A stretch of DNA of 64,000 bases, taken from positions 27,242 through 91,241 of the forward strand of contig JAWBTQ010000005.1 in assembly GCA_038841535.1 (NCBI GenBank), given 5' to 3'. This document shows, piece by piece, positions 61,352-64,000 of the stretch. The position numbers and the translations under genes were made by a program. The stretch comes from Sulfolobales archaeon. GTDB taxonomy: Archaea; Thermoproteota; Thermoprotei_A; Sulfolobales; NBVN01. A model generated the notes under the pieces. That model was not told the DNA's origin and did no database searches. It saw only the letters and a program-made list of their open reading frames with translations. Numbering within the stretch: position 1 is the first letter of the stretch; every line of letters starts with the position of its first letter.

Positions 61352-62056
61352 CTAGGACTTCCCTCTTATTCCTTTATAGGTAACTACTTCCACTCCACCA
61401 TCCGTCTTACCGATTATCAATATGTCCGCGTACCCCACGAAGATCCCATGCTCTATCACGCCGGGCAGACCGTCTAAGAAGCTTACTATGTCCTCAAGCT
61501 TCCAGTCTCTAGGTGGGAACACGTCGAGTATTGCTCCTCCCAAGTCCGTTATCACCGGCAACCTCTTACCCTGAGGAACCCTAATGTGGCACTTAAACCC
61601 AGCTTCCTCCAGTTCTCGCTTAACCATGCTTAAAGCTCGGGGAACAACTTCCACTGGTATGGGTCTTTTATGCGGGATCTTGGGGACTACTTTCAGCTCG
61701 TCAACTATAAACACTCTCATGCCCGCTGCGAAAGCAAGTAGTTTCTCCATGGTCATAGCACCCCCACCTCCTTTCACCATCCTCCCCAGCGGGTCTACTT
61801 CGTCAGCTGAGTCTACGTAGAGGTCTACTCTATCAACTGCCACTGGGTCAGCTAAAATCAAGCCGATAGACTTAGCGGCTATCGCCGTGTCTATTGAAGA
61901 AGCAACTAACGTCTTGCCGAGAAGCTTGTCGTAAGCTGTCTTAAGGAAGACTTCAACCGTTGAGCCTGTTCCTAGCCCTACGACTCTAGCAACATCAAGA
62001 TATTCTAGGGCTCTAATAGCAGCAGCCCTCCTAGCGATCTCTACGTTCTCGTTCAT
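61352..62056 (-). CDS. rpiA: Ribose-5-phosphate isomerase A
   Basis: VGLGTGSTV, DSADEVD, KGGGGAMTMEK and PGVIEHGIF motifs. Confidence 0.96.
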   Translation of the reverse strand: MNENVEIARRAAAIRALEYLDVARVVGLGTGSTVEVFLKTAYDKLLGKTLVASSIDTAIAAKSIGLILADPVAVDRVDLYVDSADEVDPLGRMVKGGGGAMTMEKLLAFAAGMRVFIVDELKVVPKIPHKRPIPVEVVPRALSMVKRELEEAGFKCHIRVPQGKRLPVITDLGGAILDVFPPRDWKLEDIVSFLDGLPGVIEHGIFVGYADILIIGKTDGGVEVVTYKGIRGKS

Positions 62057-62152
62057 ACGTTCCCCATGCTAACCCTTAGCTATAGAATATATTGCTTAAC
62101 TCAAGCTAGCGAGTAATAGTGTTTATAACTTCTCTAGAGAATAATAAATTAG

Positions 62153-63130
62153 ATGAGCGTGAGCTCAGTCTCCAAGAAAGTTAAGGGCATACTGAAGGAA
62201 GTAACGGGTAGTGTAGTTGAGCTTGATTATCCTACGAACTACAGAGAAAGGTCTATAGACTTCGTAGCTACTCTTAAAACACGTTCTAAGGATAGAGCAC
62301 ACCAACCTCACTCTACTGGTGGTGTAGTTGTTAGAGTAAGCCCGGGGAGGAGTTCTACGATAAGTAACGAGGTAGAAGAAGACTTAGCCAAATTCGCTGA
62401 CGCAATAGATGGTGTTCCTGTAGTCATTGATAACGAGCTATACGATAACATAGTTTTCGACCACGGAAAGGTCTTTGCGACTAATGAGAGAACTCTTGAG
62501 AACATAGTCAAAGAGCGCGAGCTTATAACTCTATATAGGCGCAACGAACTTTACGTGGCTTTAAACATAAAGCTCATCGAGAGAGAGGTCTCCAGAGGTG
62601 GACTTAGGCTATCAGATATCTCTGACGCACTAGGGCTCAGCAAGAAGAGCATTGAAAGCTGCCTTAAAGGGCTTGGATTAATTAGCATAGACAAAGCTGA
62701 GAAGCTGATATCAGAGTACAGCTCTGATATGATACTGTCCATAGGTTACGACATTCTCAGAGAGATCTTTAAGAAAAAGACCCCACAACCATCTGGCCTA
62801 ATTAGGGAGATGGGGGCTGAGACTTTAGTATACGACTTGAAAAAGACCGCCGTAGACCTGGTCGTGAGAGAGCTGCCGATAGAGAGGCTGTACTCCCTTA
62901 GGTTCTATGTAGACTTCAATAAAACGCAGTCCGTTAAGTACGTTAAGACGAAGATACTTAACGCTCTACGGCTTGCTAGAGAGTTCAGTGCGAACTTAGA
63001 GGTGATAGTACCTGACCAGACCTCCCTAGAGCTAGTGAAGAAGGAAGTCGAGCGTGAAATAGGGGAAGAACTCTCTTCTTACATTAAGTTTTCTTCGCAG
63101 AGCCGTACACATATCTTTCAACGTAGCTGA
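62153..63130 (+). CDS. Putative archaeal HTH (Cro/C1-like) transcriptional regulator
   Basis: RSIDFVA N-terminal domain; LRLSDISDALGLSKKSI HTH-like segment; AVDLV second domain. Confidence 0.6.
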   Translation: MSVSSVSKKVKGILKEVTGSVVELDYPTNYRERSIDFVATLKTRSKDRAHQPHSTGGVVVRVSPGRSSTISNEVEEDLAKFADAIDGVPVVIDNELYDNIVFDHGKVFATNERTLENIVKERELITLYRRNELYVALNIKLIEREVSRGGLRLSDISDALGLSKKSIESCLKGLGLISIDKAEKLISEYSSDMILSIGYDILREIFKKKTPQPSGLIREMGAETLVYDLKKTAVDLVVRELPIERLYSLRFYVDFNKTQSVKYVKTKILNALRLAREFSANLEVIVPDQTSLELVKKEVEREIGEELSSYIKFSSQSRTHIFQRS

Positions 63131-63998
63131 GCGTTACGTAGACTGCTATTAGAGATAGTGATATGACCGCAAATACGTTGATTACTCTTAGGTCGTATAG
63201 TATGGTGAGAATATCTAGCTCTGGATAACTAGTCGTAACATCAGCGACGTTATTTACGTACACGGCAACTATAATCGTGAAGATTATTGCTACTACATCG
63301 CGCCAAGCTCTTAAGCTTTTTCTAAGGAGCTTAGTTGTCAATCTACCGGTGTAGAGTACTACTAGCGATAGGGTTAGGAACGGGATGAAGGTCTTCAAGT
63401 ACACACTAAATGATTTAATGTCCGCAGAAAAATCGCGTGCGACTAGTGCGCTAGCTAAAAACGCTGTACCAATGACCATAGATGCTAGAGACAGGACTGT
63501 TGTAACCCTATATATAGATGATGAATACCACTTTCTCATAATTAACTCCGGTATTCGAAAGCCTCTTACTATCATGAAAACTCCTAGAAAACCTAAAGTT
63601 ACTTCCCACGCGTACTTTGCGTAGGGGGAAGCACTGATTAGAGCATATACGAGAAAGAGTAGTCCAGGAAGACCGAAGAACACTTTCGAGTATTTTGGAT
63701 CCTCTACGGCCTTCCTCAGATACTTACCTATGAGTACATAGGTCTCCTCTATACCCCTGAGCTGCTCTACTACGACTCTCTCCACAGCCACTATGTTAGC
63801 TTGATTCTGCACTATGGGGACCACTAGTTCGTCTTCCACGCTGTCTAAGACTAGTATGACATTATCGATGCCGGTGGAATTAATTAAGTAGGCTAACTGG
63901 TCTTTGAGCCTCTTACCAGCTTCTACGTGGCTCTCACTACTGCCAGAAATAAGAGCTACCTCAGGTTCGTATTCAGATGTTTTAAGGTTGTTATAAAG
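63084..63998 (-). CDS. DUF373 family membrane protein (5'-truncated by the window)
   Basis: Frame open to the window edge; VLDSVEDELVVPIVQ...VERVVVEQLRGIEETYVLIGKYLRK...FFGLPG. Confidence 0.85.
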   Translation of the reverse strand, partial: LYNNLKTSEYEPEVALISGSSESHVEAGKRLKDQLAYLINSTGIDNVILVLDSVEDELVVPIVQNQANIVAVERVVVEQLRGIEETYVLIGKYLRKAVEDPKYSKVFFGLPGLLFLVYALISASPYAKYAWEVTLGFLGVFMIVRGFRIPELIMRKWYSSSIYRVTTVLSLASMVIGTAFLASALVARDFSADIKSFSVYLKTFIPFLTLSLVVLYTGRLTTKLLRKSLRAWRDVVAIIFTIIVAVYVNNVADVTTSYPELDILTILYDLRVINVFAVISLSLIAVYVTLSYVERYVYGSAKKT

Positions 63999-64000
63999 GT

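Noticed and set aside
1221-63624. Numerous antisense ORFs nested in confident genes
   Set aside because: Shadow frames of well-supported genes on the opposite strand.

Overview
Archaeal chromosome segment, most likely Thermoproteota/Desulfurococcales-like (EF-1alpha-S10-tRNA-Ser order, Rpo7/Spt4, FEN1, Csl4, Dph2, uL16, GGTG ribosome-binding sites, BRE/TATA promoters). Most of the window is housekeeping and transport genes. An accessory region starts at tRNA-Ser(GGA) (~23.9-38.8 kb). It holds a broken integrase, a single-chain type IIG-like restriction-modification gene, an iteron-like repeat cluster, orphan ORFs, a TAXI/TRAP plus isocitrate-lyase-superfamily operon and an AmiS/UreI channel. 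Two non-coding signals stand out. (1) A promoter-equipped 5' half of tRNA-Gln(UUG) at 16259-16296 (-) ends in a GC-rich trailer with no 3' half in the window, making it a candidate split (trans-spliced) tRNA. (2) Up to five short intergenic units (two at 38.4-38.8 kb, one at 42.6-43.0 kb, and a convergent pair at 60.7-61.3 kb) look like protein-less derivatives of TnpB-carrying IS607/IS605 elements. Four keep a promoter-like box and all five keep an omegaRNA-like segment. No CRISPR array or rRNA gene was seen. All product calls come from motif recognition only; no database searches were run.
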